A DNA stretch of 64,000 nt from positions 124,001-188,000 of IMG/VR virus record IMGVR_UViG_3300033145_003233. One strand, written 5' to 3'. This document shows positions 38,030 to 48,018 of the stretch, one piece after another. Made by a program: the position numbers and the translations under genes. The notes under the pieces were generated by a model. That model was not told the DNA's origin and did no database searches. It saw only the letters and a program-made list of their open reading frames with translations. How positions within the stretch are numbered: position 1 is the stretch's first letter; each line of letters starts with the position of its first letter.

Positions 38030-38124
38030 TTTTTAACTCCCTTTTCTATTTTCTGAAAAATTTTCATGAATATAAAGACCGTAAGGGGCAACCATATATC
38101 TATATCTTTGATTAACATAATTCA

Positions 38125-38535
38125 TCAAAAGTTTTGTTCTATGTCCTTTTCATGGCAGATATGCTGTATATGGTTATAAATTTCATCAGCTATATCATTT
38201 CCCTGTGCAGGGATAAAATCTTGTTTGAAAACTGTTTTGACAATGACTTCAATAGTTGCAAATATTTCTGTTGAAAGTTCTTCCCAAAAATCGTAATGCT
38301 CTCCACCCTCTCCTTCAATAGTAATATCTTTTTCTGCCTTTATTATTGCATAGTCTAAAACTCTGCTTTTCTTCTCACTATCCGACATAGATTCTTTGTA
38401 GAAGATATGAATAGTCATATCATAAGTGGTTTCTTCTCCAGAACCCTGTATTTCAAATGTAAACTGCTGCTCACACTCTCTAAAAACCGAGTGAACTACA
38501 GCATTACATGTACCTTTTGACAATATTTCTAACAT
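38125..38535 (-). CDS. acidic hypothetical protein
   Basis: GGAG RBS. Confidence 0.75.
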   Translation of the reverse strand: MLEILSKGTCNAVVHSVFRECEQQFTFEIQGSGEETTYDMTIHIFYKESMSDSEKKSRVLDYAIIKAEKDITIEGEGGEHYDFWEELSTEIFATIEVIVKTVFKQDFIPAQGNDIADEIYNHIQHICHEKDIEQNF

Positions 38536-38621
38536 TCTTTTTTCTCCATAATCGAATCACTTGCACACATTATAACATTTTTCTACAATGTATGCAAGTG
38601 ATTTTTCATTTGTCTGGAAAA

Positions 38622-38792
38622 TTAGTTTTTGGGGAGAAACGACTTAATAGCTCTCCAGATGACAAACACCTGTAAGGTAACTATGGGCCAGAGAACCATC
38701 CATTTGGCAGTAAAAACTACCGAGTCAAAAGACACCTGTAAACTCAACAGGTTCTTGAGTAATCCTGCTAATGTAGCTTCTGTTCCGTTCAT
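38622..38792 (-). CDS. 56 aa membrane protein missing from track
   Basis: MNGTEATLAGLL..; stop in repeat. Confidence 0.6.
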   Translation of the reverse strand: MNGTEATLAGLLKNLLSLQVSFDSVVFTAKWMVLWPIVTLQVFVIWRAIKSFLPKN

Positions 38793-38846
38793 TTCATATC
38801 TCCAATATTATATTAAGGTTGACAAGTTAAAAAAGGGAGAGGGGGT

Positions 38847-39077
38847 TCAACCCCCCTTGTTTCCCTTAGCGTTTCCCCAAGTCCACACGCTGTTACCATG
38901 ACCGCCTGTGTAACTGGGACCGGCTGCTCTGCTTTTCCACACTTCATTGTTGTTTTCATCTTTGTAGAAAGACTTCGCACTTGCTCCACCATGAAGGTCC
39001 ACTTGACAACCCGAAAATAGACCTATCAGGAGGAACACACAAATCACTACTGCTACTTCCCATAATCTACTACGCAT
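38847..39077 (-). CDS. putative lipoprotein
   Basis: lipobox-like LFSGC. Confidence 0.65.
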   Translation of the reverse strand: MRSRLWEVAVVICVFLLIGLFSGCQVDLHGGASAKSFYKDENNNEVWKSRAAGPSYTGGHGNSVWTWGNAKGNKGG

Positions 39078-39312
39078 TGTTCTAACTCCTAACTGAGTTA
39101 TTTACTTCCCTGTTATTGCTTTAAGAGCAACAATCTTTGTTACTCAACAGGGGATAGGAAGGAAAAACGACTTGTCTGGAAATATAAATGTAAGTTCCGA
39201 TAAGATAAGGACTTATGTATTTTTGGGGTTAAAGAGAGATTATTATGGGACAAAAAAAGAGAGAGGCCATATCCTTATGGACTCTCTGGGGGGGAGAAAA
39301 AAATAGGTTCTC

Positions 39313-39534
39313 TTACTTAATTAACCAGTTTTCTCTTCTACTTATAGTAATGTCATTCGGTGTTGCAGACATAATAATAAAACCTATTGCATCAGTTTTG
39401 ATCAGTTTTTTCTCCACGTGCTCTTTACCACTCTTATCAAGGATAGTCCAGACAGTTTTCCCTTGCTCTTCTGCAATTTTAGCTTTCTCATACTCCGTTA
39501 TTATATCACACTCTATTGAGAGTTTTGCTTTCAT
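39313..39534 (-). CDS. hypothetical protein
   Basis: co-oriented ORF. Confidence 0.65.
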   Translation of the reverse strand: MKAKLSIECDIITEYEKAKIAEEQGKTVWTILDKSGKEHVEKKLIKTDAIGFIIMSATPNDITISRRENWLIK

Positions 39535-39552
39535 CCCACCTTATTTTTAGCT

Positions 39553-39789
39553 TTATCCCTTCTTTACATTATCATTGGCCCACGAAGGTTCAATCCAACT
39601 TAGTTCTTCACAAGCCCTCTTAACAGACCGACCATCTCGTATGTCTGTAAATGTATCATCCATAATACGTTGTGCCATTTTTTTAAGGAGTTTCTTAGAA
39701 GTTCCAGCGGGCACACGGGTGCAATAAGAAGCATCTTCAACTTGTTCGAAAATTCCATCGGGTTCTGTATATACAGTAAATCTTAACAA
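39553..39789 (-). CDS. hypothetical protein
   Basis: co-oriented ORF. Confidence 0.65.
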   Translation of the reverse strand: MLRFTVYTEPDGIFEQVEDASYCTRVPAGTSKKLLKKMAQRIMDDTFTDIRDGRSVKRACEELSWIEPSWANDNVKKG

Positions 39790-39799
39790 CTTGTCTTTG

Positions 39800-40126
39800 T
39801 CATTGTTTTCCCTCTAATAATATATCCGCATCAATTATATTAGTAAAAAGCACTTCTCCGATTTCAGGAGTAATGATTTCTTTTCTCTCAAAACTAATAT
39901 CAGGAATCATATTGGTGCAATATATATTATAACTCTCATCAGCTTCTGCGTTCAAGTTCATAAAATCGCCACGTTCAACTTTTCTAAATATATCATAGGG
40001 AGAATCTGGACCATAGAAAGTGTTGAGACAATGAATAAAAACATCTTGCGGGGATAAAGAATCATTTATAAAATGATGCCCTATCTCATTATGACCATCC
40101 CAAATTGTAATATACCATACGTTCAT
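39800..40126 (-). CDS. hypothetical protein
   Basis: ATG 25 nt after repeat. Confidence 0.72.
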   Translation of the reverse strand: MNVWYITIWDGHNEIGHHFINDSLSPQDVFIHCLNTFYGPDSPYDIFRKVERGDFMNLNAEADESYNIYCTNMIPDISFERKEIITPEIGEVLFTNIIDADILLEGKQ

Positions 40127-40145
40127 AATCTATCCTAATAAAAAA

Positions 40146-40436
40146 TCACTTGTCTGGAAATAAGTGTTTTATTTCTTCCCAATCATAGAAAGTATCGTTG
40201 ATAGTGATACCTTTTTTATGTTCTCTCATAAAATCTAAGAGGTTAGCAATATCTTCTGAATCATCAGGACGATTTATGAGATGTTGGAGTGTGTCCATAT
40301 CATTTTGTGGGATTTCTTCTTCGGAGATATTTATACTGCCATACTCATAACTATCGAATATATCGACCTCATAATATATTTCACCACTACGAAGATTCTC
40401 AACTTTATTGGCATTAGCATATATTCTATTACTCAT
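40146..40436 (-). CDS. acidic hypothetical protein
   Basis: ends FPDK* inside repeat. Confidence 0.75.
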   Translation of the reverse strand: MSNRIYANANKVENLRSGEIYYEVDIFDSYEYGSINISEEEIPQNDMDTLQHLINRPDDSEDIANLLDFMREHKKGITINDTFYDWEEIKHLFPDK

Positions 40437-40639
40437 TAAATCTCCACATCTGCACCCTTATTAGCATCTAAACAATGGATAGTATCTCTCTCTTCTCTAT
40501 CATTCCCATCATCTTGAAACTTTCTAAGTGCTACGTCTCTTATTTCTTCGGTATCGTACGGGCCATATAAGTTTGGTTCTACACAACCCCACATATGTAA
40601 AAAATAGTATTCTCTTTCTTTTTTCTCTTGTTCTGCCAT
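40436..40639 (-). CDS. hypothetical protein
   Basis: AAGGA RBS after repeat. Confidence 0.72.
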   Translation of the reverse strand: MAEQEKKEREYYFLHMWGCVEPNLYGPYDTEEIRDVALRKFQDDGNDREERDTIHCLDANKGADVEI

Positions 40640-40688
40640 TTTTATATCCTTTTTATTCTATACTAACTATTTTTCATTTATCTGGAAA

Positions 40689-41213
40689 TTAGTCAGGCAA
40701 ATATCCTGCAAGTTCCATTCCGGGTTCATTATATAACCAAGAGATAGAAATGTTAGGAAACAACTCTACCAACTTATTATATATACCAGTTGGAGGACTC
40801 CACGGAGTCATAAAGGAAAAATCAACATCACAATCGTATGCTTTACAGACTACATCACTTGCAGACCATTTTACTCCCCAATTATTTACACACCAGTCAT
40901 ACCAATTAGTAGCTCCATAGTCAGCCAAGAAACGCTTCTCCATTTTTTTAGTCATACCTCTTATAAACCAACTGCCGAGTTTTTTTTCCTCTCTTTCCTC
41001 TTTTGAAGCATTTTTCCACACTTCATATCTTTTTTCTTGTTCCTTAAATTGTGCCTCAGTGATAATATCAACAGGACGAGTAAATCCTTTTAACTCTGGA
41101 GGCAAAGAAAGAATCTTATCGAAGTCAAACTCATCAGTAATTAACTCCATAAGTTTCTTAATATCTTCTTCTGAGCCACTAATTCTTACTGTATTCTCAC
41201 ACCAATTAGGCAA
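40689..41213 (-). CDS. YubB/DUF1281-like ferredoxin-fold protein
   Basis: (M)PNWCEN..WYDWCVNNWGVKW..FMTPWSPP; TTG start. Confidence 0.75.
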   Translation of the reverse strand: MPNWCENTVRISGSEEDIKKLMELITDEFDFDKILSLPPELKGFTRPVDIITEAQFKEQEKRYEVWKNASKEEREEKKLGSWFIRGMTKKMEKRFLADYGATNWYDWCVNNWGVKWSASDVVCKAYDCDVDFSFMTPWSPPTGIYNKLVELFPNISISWLYNEPGMELAGYLPD

Positions 41214-41320
41214 AGCACACCTCACTTTCTTTTTCACTTATATTGGGCATTTTATTAAAAGAAAATAGCATAATAATTAGAATAATATGTAATATAAATT
41301 AACTAATAAGGAATATATCT

Positions 41321-41725
41321 ATGAATAAAAAAGACTTAATTTACTCAGCAGGTTTTATTGACGGAGAAGGCTGTCTTACAACAGGGCATAAATTTGCTTT
41401 TCGTCTTACTATTTCCAGTACGGATAAAAGTATTTTAGAATGGTTACAAAGCAAATTCAAGGGTAACATCAATAATCAATGGCTTCCTAAAAACCCTAAC
41501 CATAATATGGCTTGGAAATGGGTTTTATGTAAGAAATCCGATTTACTCACTTTCTTATTAGCAATTATACCATATCTTAAATTGAAAAAGAGCCAAGCTC
41601 AACTTATAATCAATTATATGAAAACCTATCCTAATCGAAGAAAGAAAAATGAAATCTCTAATCGAGAAATAGATTTTCTAAAAATTAAAGAGCTATTGCG
41701 TTATTTGAAAAATGTTCATTCTTAA
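41321..41725 (+). CDS. single-motif LAGLIDADG homing endonuclease
   Basis: YSAGFIDGEGCL..PYLKLKKSQA; opposite strand to neighbours. Confidence 0.88.
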   Translation: MNKKDLIYSAGFIDGEGCLTTGHKFAFRLTISSTDKSILEWLQSKFKGNINNQWLPKNPNHNMAWKWVLCKKSDLLTFLLAIIPYLKLKKSQAQLIINYMKTYPNRRKKNEISNREIDFLKIKELLRYLKNVHS

Positions 41726-41758
41726 ATTATAGAACTAAAAAATCATTTGTCTGGAAAA

Positions 41759-42190
41759 TTATTCCCAAGTGATGGTTGCAGGTATTTCCTGGCAGGTTTT
41801 ACCATCAAAAATCCATCTCCATAAATAACCATCTTCGCCGCTCATCTCAATAAAACTATCCTTTTTAACAAAGAGTGCAATAGCCTCAAAGAGATGTTCA
41901 TCATTTCCCAACTTTTCTCCCTCAAAGTAGATAGAAGTGATATTGCCATCGCCATCGGTTTCAGGATGCCATCGAAAAGCATCTAAAATATCTTCGATAT
42001 TTTGAGCATTATCAAGTTCTGAGTTATCTACCCAAGAATATGACCTAATACATATATCAAACCCAGATCTACCGCCGCCTACTTTGTCTCTTTCGTCAAG
42101 TAATTTTTTATGAACGTGCTTGAATGCCTCTACCTTTTTATCAGCAGAGAGAAAAAAGTCTTGATCTTTTTGTTCCATACAATAACCCAT
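41759..42190 (-). CDS. phage hypothetical protein
   Basis: start trimmed to MGYC; FEGEKLG..GEDGYLWRW. Confidence 0.78.
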   Translation of the reverse strand: MGYCMEQKDQDFFLSADKKVEAFKHVHKKLLDERDKVGGGRSGFDICIRSYSWVDNSELDNAQNIEDILDAFRWHPETDGDGNITSIYFEGEKLGNDEHLFEAIALFVKKDSFIEMSGEDGYLWRWIFDGKTCQEIPATITWE

Positions 42191-42247
42191 TTTGATATTT
42201 CTCCTTTTTATTCTATAAAAGGAATTTTTCATTTGTCTGGAAAATTC

Positions 42248-42760
42248 TTATTTCGGTGGAACATACTCATAAACTACAACATCAATACCATTCTCAAGCC
42301 ATATTTCCCTGATGAGTTCAAGGATGAAGTCCCAGTTGCCCTTTGCCAAATCACTGCCGAATTTAGGACAATGTATGACAGGTTTCGCATCATTTTGGCC
42401 ATAATTATCCTCGCAAAAGAAACGGACTCTTAACATTGCTTCTGATAAAGCCCAATATTTGACGGGTTTAGGATTATCCTGGTGAACTGTTCCGTGTTGA
42501 CCTATCATATTAACTACAACAATCTGATCCTCATTATTCATTTCTTGAACATGAGCAAAAGAAACAAACCCAAGAGTCAAAGATTGCATTTTATAAACAT
42601 CTTCTACTAAAGGCCATTTCTCTTTCAGTGCAAGTGCTACTCCCTTTCCCATAATCCCGAGATCATTACAGCAATGAGGAATGATTACTACTTCATTCTT
42701 ATTTGTGATCCAGGGGTTTGTTACATCACCCTGTACTACTTTTAGTTTTCCTTGTTCCAT
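42248..42760 (-). CDS. macrodomain protein (ADP-ribose binding/hydrolase)
   Basis: VQGDV..IPHCCNDLGIMGKGVALAL..CPKFGSDLAKGNW. Confidence 0.88.
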   Translation of the reverse strand: MEQGKLKVVQGDVTNPWITNKNEVVIIPHCCNDLGIMGKGVALALKEKWPLVEDVYKMQSLTLGFVSFAHVQEMNNEDQIVVVNMIGQHGTVHQDNPKPVKYWALSEAMLRVRFFCEDNYGQNDAKPVIHCPKFGSDLAKGNWDFILELIREIWLENGIDVVVYEYVPPK

Positions 42761-42929
42761 CTTTTTTCTCCTTTTTCATAAGATAACCATAAGACAATGA
42801 CTTACATCACAATCTTCTTCACAGGTTTCACAATCTTCTGTTGTAGAAACCACTTCATTAGAAAGAACTTCATCTTCATAGATATGAAAAAGACTCATTG
42901 GATAACCACAACGAACTCTTTTGCCTTTT

Positions 42930-43127
42930 TTAGTAATTTATCCTACCCCCACAATTAAGACAATATATGCTATGTAAGCCATGACAAATAACATTGGAAA
43001 AATCGAACATAACAGGTTCTTTACAAACACACATATCTTTATGATTACCAAGTTCTACTCTCTTTTTATGAAGTTCAGCAGTTCTTTGGTTTATTTCTTC
43101 TGCAAATTGTCTTATTCTTACTTTCAT
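42930..43127 (-). CDS. Cys-containing hypothetical protein
   Basis: ATG 25 nt after repeat. Confidence 0.68.
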   Translation of the reverse strand: MKVRIRQFAEEINQRTAELHKKRVELGNHKDMCVCKEPVMFDFSNVICHGLHSIYCLNCGGRINY

Positions 43128-43164
43128 ATTCTACACCACCTAAAAATTATTTGTCTGGAAAAAT

Positions 43165-43194
43165 AAAAAAGAGAGTAGAATTGCTCCTACTCTC
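43165..43194 (-). terminator. intrinsic terminator
   Basis: GAGAGTAG/CTACTCTC stem then T6. Confidence 0.7.
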
Positions 43195-43218
43195 TTAGTT
43201 ACTAAATCGGGGGGTCTC

Positions 43219-43812
43219 TTAGACCGCTTCGAGGGTGATTTTGTTAGCCGATACATCGACTGTTACCCGAACCTTCTTAGAGGATATACCTCTTTGAGCG
43301 ACACCGAGTCGGACTCGACCGTCTTTTTCGGGTTTACGGCAATGCAATGTGCCGTTGATTTCGATGTCATAGCTCCCACCTGTAGCATCGACCTTATCCA
43401 ACAGGGTCTTAGCGATGTTTATGCGACCGCCAGCCGCAATAGTATAAACATCGGAGTCGGTGCTGCCTGAGCCGACTGCATCTTCCAACTCATCATCATC
43501 GTCAGCATCGAGTGCGGGTGCGGCAGGTTTGATAGCAAGGGGATGGTCATAAGGGCTTTTGCCATGAGGGTAATACACCAAAACGACAGGGTTATTCGTA
43601 ACGTCCAACTCTACCGGGTCCCTGTTATAATTGCCCATTGCTCCGGTGCGGAACTCATTGACAACTATATCGCGAACGTCTTTGAGCAATACGGTTTCTG
43701 AGGTCGCTTTGCGAGCTGCTAACGTAACATCGAAAGCTGTAAAAATCTCAGAATTAGAGACCTTTACCCCCAAACAATCCAAAGTTTCTTGAGCTACTGT
43801 CACTGTACACAT
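43219..43812 (-). CDS. hypothetical protein
   Basis: 197 aa, GGAG RBS, followed by terminator. Confidence 0.8.
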   Translation of the reverse strand: MCTVTVAQETLDCLGVKVSNSEIFTAFDVTLAARKATSETVLLKDVRDIVVNEFRTGAMGNYNRDPVELDVTNNPVVLVYYPHGKSPYDHPLAIKPAAPALDADDDDELEDAVGSGSTDSDVYTIAAGGRINIAKTLLDKVDATGGSYDIEINGTLHCRKPEKDGRVRLGVAQRGISSKKVRVTVDVSANKITLEAV

Positions 43813-43892
43813 CTGTCTTTTCTCCTAATTTATTAGTTTTTATTCTTTTTTAACGACATTGTATAGTAATGAAAAAACATTTGTCTGGAAAA

Positions 43893-44219
43893 TTAGCCCC
43901 AATATGGGCCTTCAAAAATTTTCAACAACTTTTCATTACCACCACTAGTTAAAACTATTTTAGTATAAGTAGGCTCTAACTTACAATAAAGAGGCCAATC
44001 TTCTGAAAGAACATCTTCAAAATATGTTTTATATTTTATAATAGCTCCATTAGATTGTAACGATGAATGACATTTACAAGGAGGTCTGAAATAACCATCT
44101 TCTAAAGGAGGATCATATAATGGATTAGCTCTTGGATCTGCATATACCTTTTCCTTCTTTTTGCGGAGAAAAAGATAACAAATAAAAACAATTGCTAAGA
44201 TTGCCAGAATCTTAATCAT
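43893..44219 (-). CDS. membrane-anchored hypothetical protein
   Basis: N-terminal TM; stop in repeat. Confidence 0.72.
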   Translation of the reverse strand: MIKILAILAIVFICYLFLRKKKEKVYADPRANPLYDPPLEDGYFRPPCKCHSSLQSNGAIIKYKTYFEDVLSEDWPLYCKLEPTYTKIVLTSGGNEKLLKIFEGPYWG

Positions 44220-44310
44220 CTACATCCTTTTTAGAAATTAACCGATTTAAGGAACAAATAAAGAAGTGTCGGCACTATACAATAACCTATAGTCCCACCT
44301 ATTATACTAC

Positions 44311-44601
44311 TTACACTACGATCTCCTTCGAAAGCATTATAATATTAACTAATAATTTTAAAATCCAAACAATTATTCTTGCTAAAAACTTAAAAACTGA
44401 CTTCCACCATTTTTTACTACCAAATCTTTTGTTACATCCTTCTATAACCTTTTCTCCAATTTCATCTAATATTTCTAACCAATTTTCTTCTTCGATCTCT
44501 TCAGGTTCCTCATCCTCTTTATCCTCTTCTATAAACCAATATCTAAACCACTTTTTTATTGACTCTCCATCCATTCCTGCTCTCTTCTGTATTAATTGCA
44601 T
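44311..44601 (-). CDS. hypothetical membrane protein
   Basis: acidic run and C-terminal TM. Confidence 0.6.
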   Translation of the reverse strand: MQLIQKRAGMDGESIKKWFRYWFIEEDKEDEEPEEIEEENWLEILDEIGEKVIEGCNKRFGSKKWWKSVFKFLARIIVWILKLLVNIIMLSKEIVV

Positions 44602-44654
44602 TAACTTATTTCTCCTTTTTATTCTATATTATCTATTTTCATTTGTCTGGAAAA

Positions 44655-46058
44655 TTATAATTTCCATTTGTATTCCATAGAAGGAACAGGACAACTACCT
44701 ATAATATCATAGAAAAGAGAGGATTGAGATTGATAAACTCTTATTCTATGTCTTTTGTAATATTCTCCCTTATATTTGTAACTATAAGGGAATACTTTAC
44801 ATATTTTACCATATTCTTTATCAATTTTTTCAACAATCATCTGTTGATTATCTTTTGTGAAACATTCACTACATAGAATTATTACAACCTGTTTGGTGCT
44901 ACTATTTTTTCTTCTCTGATAACTCGTTCCATCATCCATAAACCAATTCAACAAAGAAACAGGAGAAATATCTATATCTTCTGGAATCACTTTTTTATAA
45001 TTGTTCCATTCGGGATACCATTTTCTATATAACGGTTTTAATTCTTTATGAGACAAGCTCCTGATAGAGTATGCAGTATAAAATTCTTTTTTAAATCCCC
45101 ATTTTTTACTAGGAAAAGAAATCTCTTTTTTAATCTTCATTCTATTTTTATTAAAAATTTGTTTATAAACATACTCTATATGATCTTTACCAATATTCTT
45201 TTTATAAAAACGAGGATTAGATATATTACTCTTTCTATTATATACCCCTAAACCTGCATCCCCCAATAAAGAACCTTCTATTACAGGAATATTAAAAATA
45301 AAGCCATCTTCTTCTCTATTGCAAGTTAGCCCCTCACTGATATTCCTTACATTAATATTATGACGTAGAAGAGACTGTCTAGCAGAGTTAGGAGTCTTTG
45401 CCCCGCATAACTTTGTTATATTTCTGGTGCTACATTTTTCTTCAACATATTTTTGTTCTAACCATTCTTTATCATTCAATAATTCATAATAAAAAGATTT
45501 AGAAACTACATAGCGACGAGCTTCTCTATTATCTCTGATTTTTATATCAAATTTTCTTAATGCCCTTATTACGTTTCCACTATCACAACCTATCAATTTT
45601 GCCATCTGTTTAGATGATTGAGTCTCTTCAATATATTTTTGACATAACCATTCTCTACTTTCTAGCTCCTTATATTTAGATTTATATTCTTTTAATTTCC
45701 CAGCTTCGCTAATAGTTCTTGTAGAAATATTATGTCTTTTAAGTGCTGTAAATACTGATTTTTGATTAGAATTAGCTAACTCTGCTACTTGATAAGAGGT
45801 AAGTTGCTCTGTTATGTATTTCTGATAAAGCCAGTCTTTGTTATTTAGTTTTTCTGCTTTAAATTTTTTCTTGCCTTTTCTTTTTTTCGCAGCAGAAGAA
45901 CAATTACGAACTTTTATATCAAATTTTCTCAAACATCTTAAAACACTGCTAGGATTAACTCCTATTTCTTTGCCAATATCAACGGTGGATAATTGATCTG
46001 TTGTATACTTTCGAAAGAGCCAATCTTTATCATTTAAATACTTATTTGGTAATGCCAT
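44655..46058 (-). CDS. double-motif LAGLIDADG endonuclease with N-terminal HTH-like repeats
   Basis: IEGSLLGDAGL and LLNWFMDDGT; four LN/ExxxWLxxKY repeats. Confidence 0.85.
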   Translation of the reverse strand: MALPNKYLNDKDWLFRKYTTDQLSTVDIGKEIGVNPSSVLRCLRKFDIKVRNCSSAAKKRKGKKKFKAEKLNNKDWLYQKYITEQLTSYQVAELANSNQKSVFTALKRHNISTRTISEAGKLKEYKSKYKELESREWLCQKYIEETQSSKQMAKLIGCDSGNVIRALRKFDIKIRDNREARRYVVSKSFYYELLNDKEWLEQKYVEEKCSTRNITKLCGAKTPNSARQSLLRHNINVRNISEGLTCNREEDGFIFNIPVIEGSLLGDAGLGVYNRKSNISNPRFYKKNIGKDHIEYVYKQIFNKNRMKIKKEISFPSKKWGFKKEFYTAYSIRSLSHKELKPLYRKWYPEWNNYKKVIPEDIDISPVSLLNWFMDDGTSYQRRKNSSTKQVVIILCSECFTKDNQQMIVEKIDKEYGKICKVFPYSYKYKGEYYKRHRIRVYQSQSSLFYDIIGSCPVPSMEYKWKL

Positions 46059-46125
46059 AATATATATTCCATAAAAATAATGTTTATAGAATATACTTTC
46101 GACATATATTTAGAAAATCCTTTAA

Positions 46126-47430
46126 TTATTTCCCAAATTCTAATAAATATTTAAAATTAGACTGAGAAGGTCTATATACAATAAACTCATCATTTAATAT
46201 CCCACTAACACTAGCTTTAGCCCAAGTGCTATCGTAACCATTTTTAGGAAAGCTTCCCCATCTATCAGTAGGGGTATAGCATTTCCCCATAGCTACATCT
46301 GTAATAAATAAAAAACATCTATTATTATGAGAACCGTCCCAATATCCATAACTATAATTTAAACTTTTAGTTGAAGATGAGGCAAAATAACATCCTCTAC
46401 CAAAAAGGGATCCAGTAACATGGACAGAAGCAGCGGGAGGAATTATTAATCCCTGACGAAGTATACTCAAAATATGATGGCTGCGTGTTCCATGATAAAG
46501 ACTTTTAATATTCCCAACATTTTTCCCATCTCTTTCAAATGCCTCTTCCATTATATTTATAGAAACAGTATAAACAGTTTTTAGTTTTAAATGATTGCAG
46601 GAATGAGATCTTCTACGAGTTTTATTTATTTTTTCACTTATTTTGTCAATAACTTTTTTGTCAGTAACTATTTTCATTCCAACATTAAAAATTTGTGGAG
46701 TATCATCTTTTTTAGTTTTTTTCTTTTTCTTTTTAGGAGCAGCAGCGGTTGTAACTCCTACAAAAGAGGCGTCCAACCCATCTAATAAATCATTCTCTTG
46801 TTGAACAGTTGAAAGGTCAGGGAGTATATCTTCCGGAGACATTCTACTCCTGCCAAAATCTCTTGGAATAAGAGAAAGATACTCATTAAGTGCTTCCTCA
46901 ATATCCCAATTATCATCTGCTATTTCATCGGATATACTGCTTAAAAGACTTCGTGCTCTTGCCACTTGTGCAGGAACAACTACGCCCTGTGTAGTTCTAA
47001 ATTGTGCGGTGCTTGTATCATAAGTAATCCTCCCTTTTGTTGCTGTTAATATATTATGAGCATTAACATCAACTAAGTAATCAACCAGTTTTTGAACAAG
47101 AGGGTTTGAGTGCTTAATCTGCTTGCGTGCTATGGCTTTTATATCACCATTTCTTACTGAGGCTGTAGTAGCTGCTCCTGTTACTGTCCCGCTTCCTTCT
47201 ACAACTTCATTTTCTATGTAACCCTTTTTCTCTTTTGACCTAATCTTAGTCTCCATAAAAGAGCGACCTTCTCCATACCATGTTTTGCTTTGGGTGCTTG
47301 CTGAATGCCCCTGTCTCCCCCACTCACTCATTACATCGTCATTATCATAGAGAGTAACATTCCAATACTTGTTAGCGTTATTCCCTAAATTGGTAAGGCT
47401 AAATTTTTTGTGTTCAACTACTGTCGGCAT
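46126..47430 (-). CDS. WGR-domain poly/mono(ADP-ribose) polymerase (PARP family)
   Basis: NKYW..WGRQG; LYHGT, FGRGCYFA, SLNY, NDEFIVY (H-Y-E triad). Confidence 0.9.
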   Translation of the reverse strand: MPTVVEHKKFSLTNLGNNANKYWNVTLYDNDDVMSEWGRQGHSASTQSKTWYGEGRSFMETKIRSKEKKGYIENEVVEGSGTVTGAATTASVRNGDIKAIARKQIKHSNPLVQKLVDYLVDVNAHNILTATKGRITYDTSTAQFRTTQGVVVPAQVARARSLLSSISDEIADDNWDIEEALNEYLSLIPRDFGRSRMSPEDILPDLSTVQQENDLLDGLDASFVGVTTAAAPKKKKKKTKKDDTPQIFNVGMKIVTDKKVIDKISEKINKTRRRSHSCNHLKLKTVYTVSINIMEEAFERDGKNVGNIKSLYHGTRSHHILSILRQGLIIPPAASVHVTGSLFGRGCYFASSSTKSLNYSYGYWDGSHNNRCFLFITDVAMGKCYTPTDRWGSFPKNGYDSTWAKASVSGILNDEFIVYRPSQSNFKYLLEFGK

Positions 47431-47687
47431 TCTCTGCGTCCTTTAATCTTTGGTTTTCTGTCATATGAGATATTGCTTTTATACAAATTTCATCTGTATC
47501 GGCTGGTAATCCTAAATCTTCGAGCATCGCTGCCCAAATTACCTTACTCTTACAATCTTCTTTATATATTGTTCCATTCATTCCACTTTTCCTTATTATA
47601 ACCTATTTTCTACCTTACGTCAAGAAAAAATTACTTGTCTGGAAATTAATAACTTAATCCTTCTTTCACTTTCAAGTGTTATTTAAC

Positions 47688-47757
47688 AGGTCGCTAGGGG
47701 TACGATCCCTAAACTGAACTTTTGGAGAGTCCTGTGATGCCAATTTCACCAACGACC
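47688..47757 (-). tRNA. tRNA-Trp(CCA)
   Basis: cloverleaf, GGACT-CTCCAAA-AGTTC. Confidence 0.85.
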
Positions 47758-47763
47758 TATAAT

Positions 47764-47836
47764 ATCCCCGGAAGGACTTGAACCCTCACAAACCCAGATT
47801 CGTAGTCTGGTGCTCTGTCCATTTGAGCTACGGGGA
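47764..47836 (-). tRNA. tRNA-Arg(ACG)
   Basis: CCAGA-CTACGAA-TCTGG. Confidence 0.9.
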
Positions 47837-47843
47837 CAATAAA

Positions 47844-47917
47844 CGCCCATAGTAGGACTCGGACCTACATTTTTCGCCTTAGGAGGGCGATACCTTATCC
47901 ATTTAGGCTATATGGGC
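47844..47917 (-). tRNA. tRNA-Arg(CCT)
   Basis: TCGCC-CTCCTAA-GGCGA. Confidence 0.85.
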
Positions 47918-47925
47918 ATATAAAC

Positions 47926-47953
47926 AAAACGCTTCTAGTGACAAACTAGAAGC
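47926..47953 (-). terminator. intrinsic terminator-like hairpin
   Basis: GCTTCTAGT/ACTAGAAGC. Confidence 0.55.
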
Positions 47954-48018
47954 ACATCGTTTGTAGAAGTCCTAATCTCAACCAAAAGGTTGCAAATTAG
48001 CAAATTTTATTAAAAAAC

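Noticed and set aside
41321-46058. Group I intron or intein context for the LAGLIDADG genes
   Set aside because: Both have their own start and stop between intact neighbours; no interrupted host gene or intein termini were seen.
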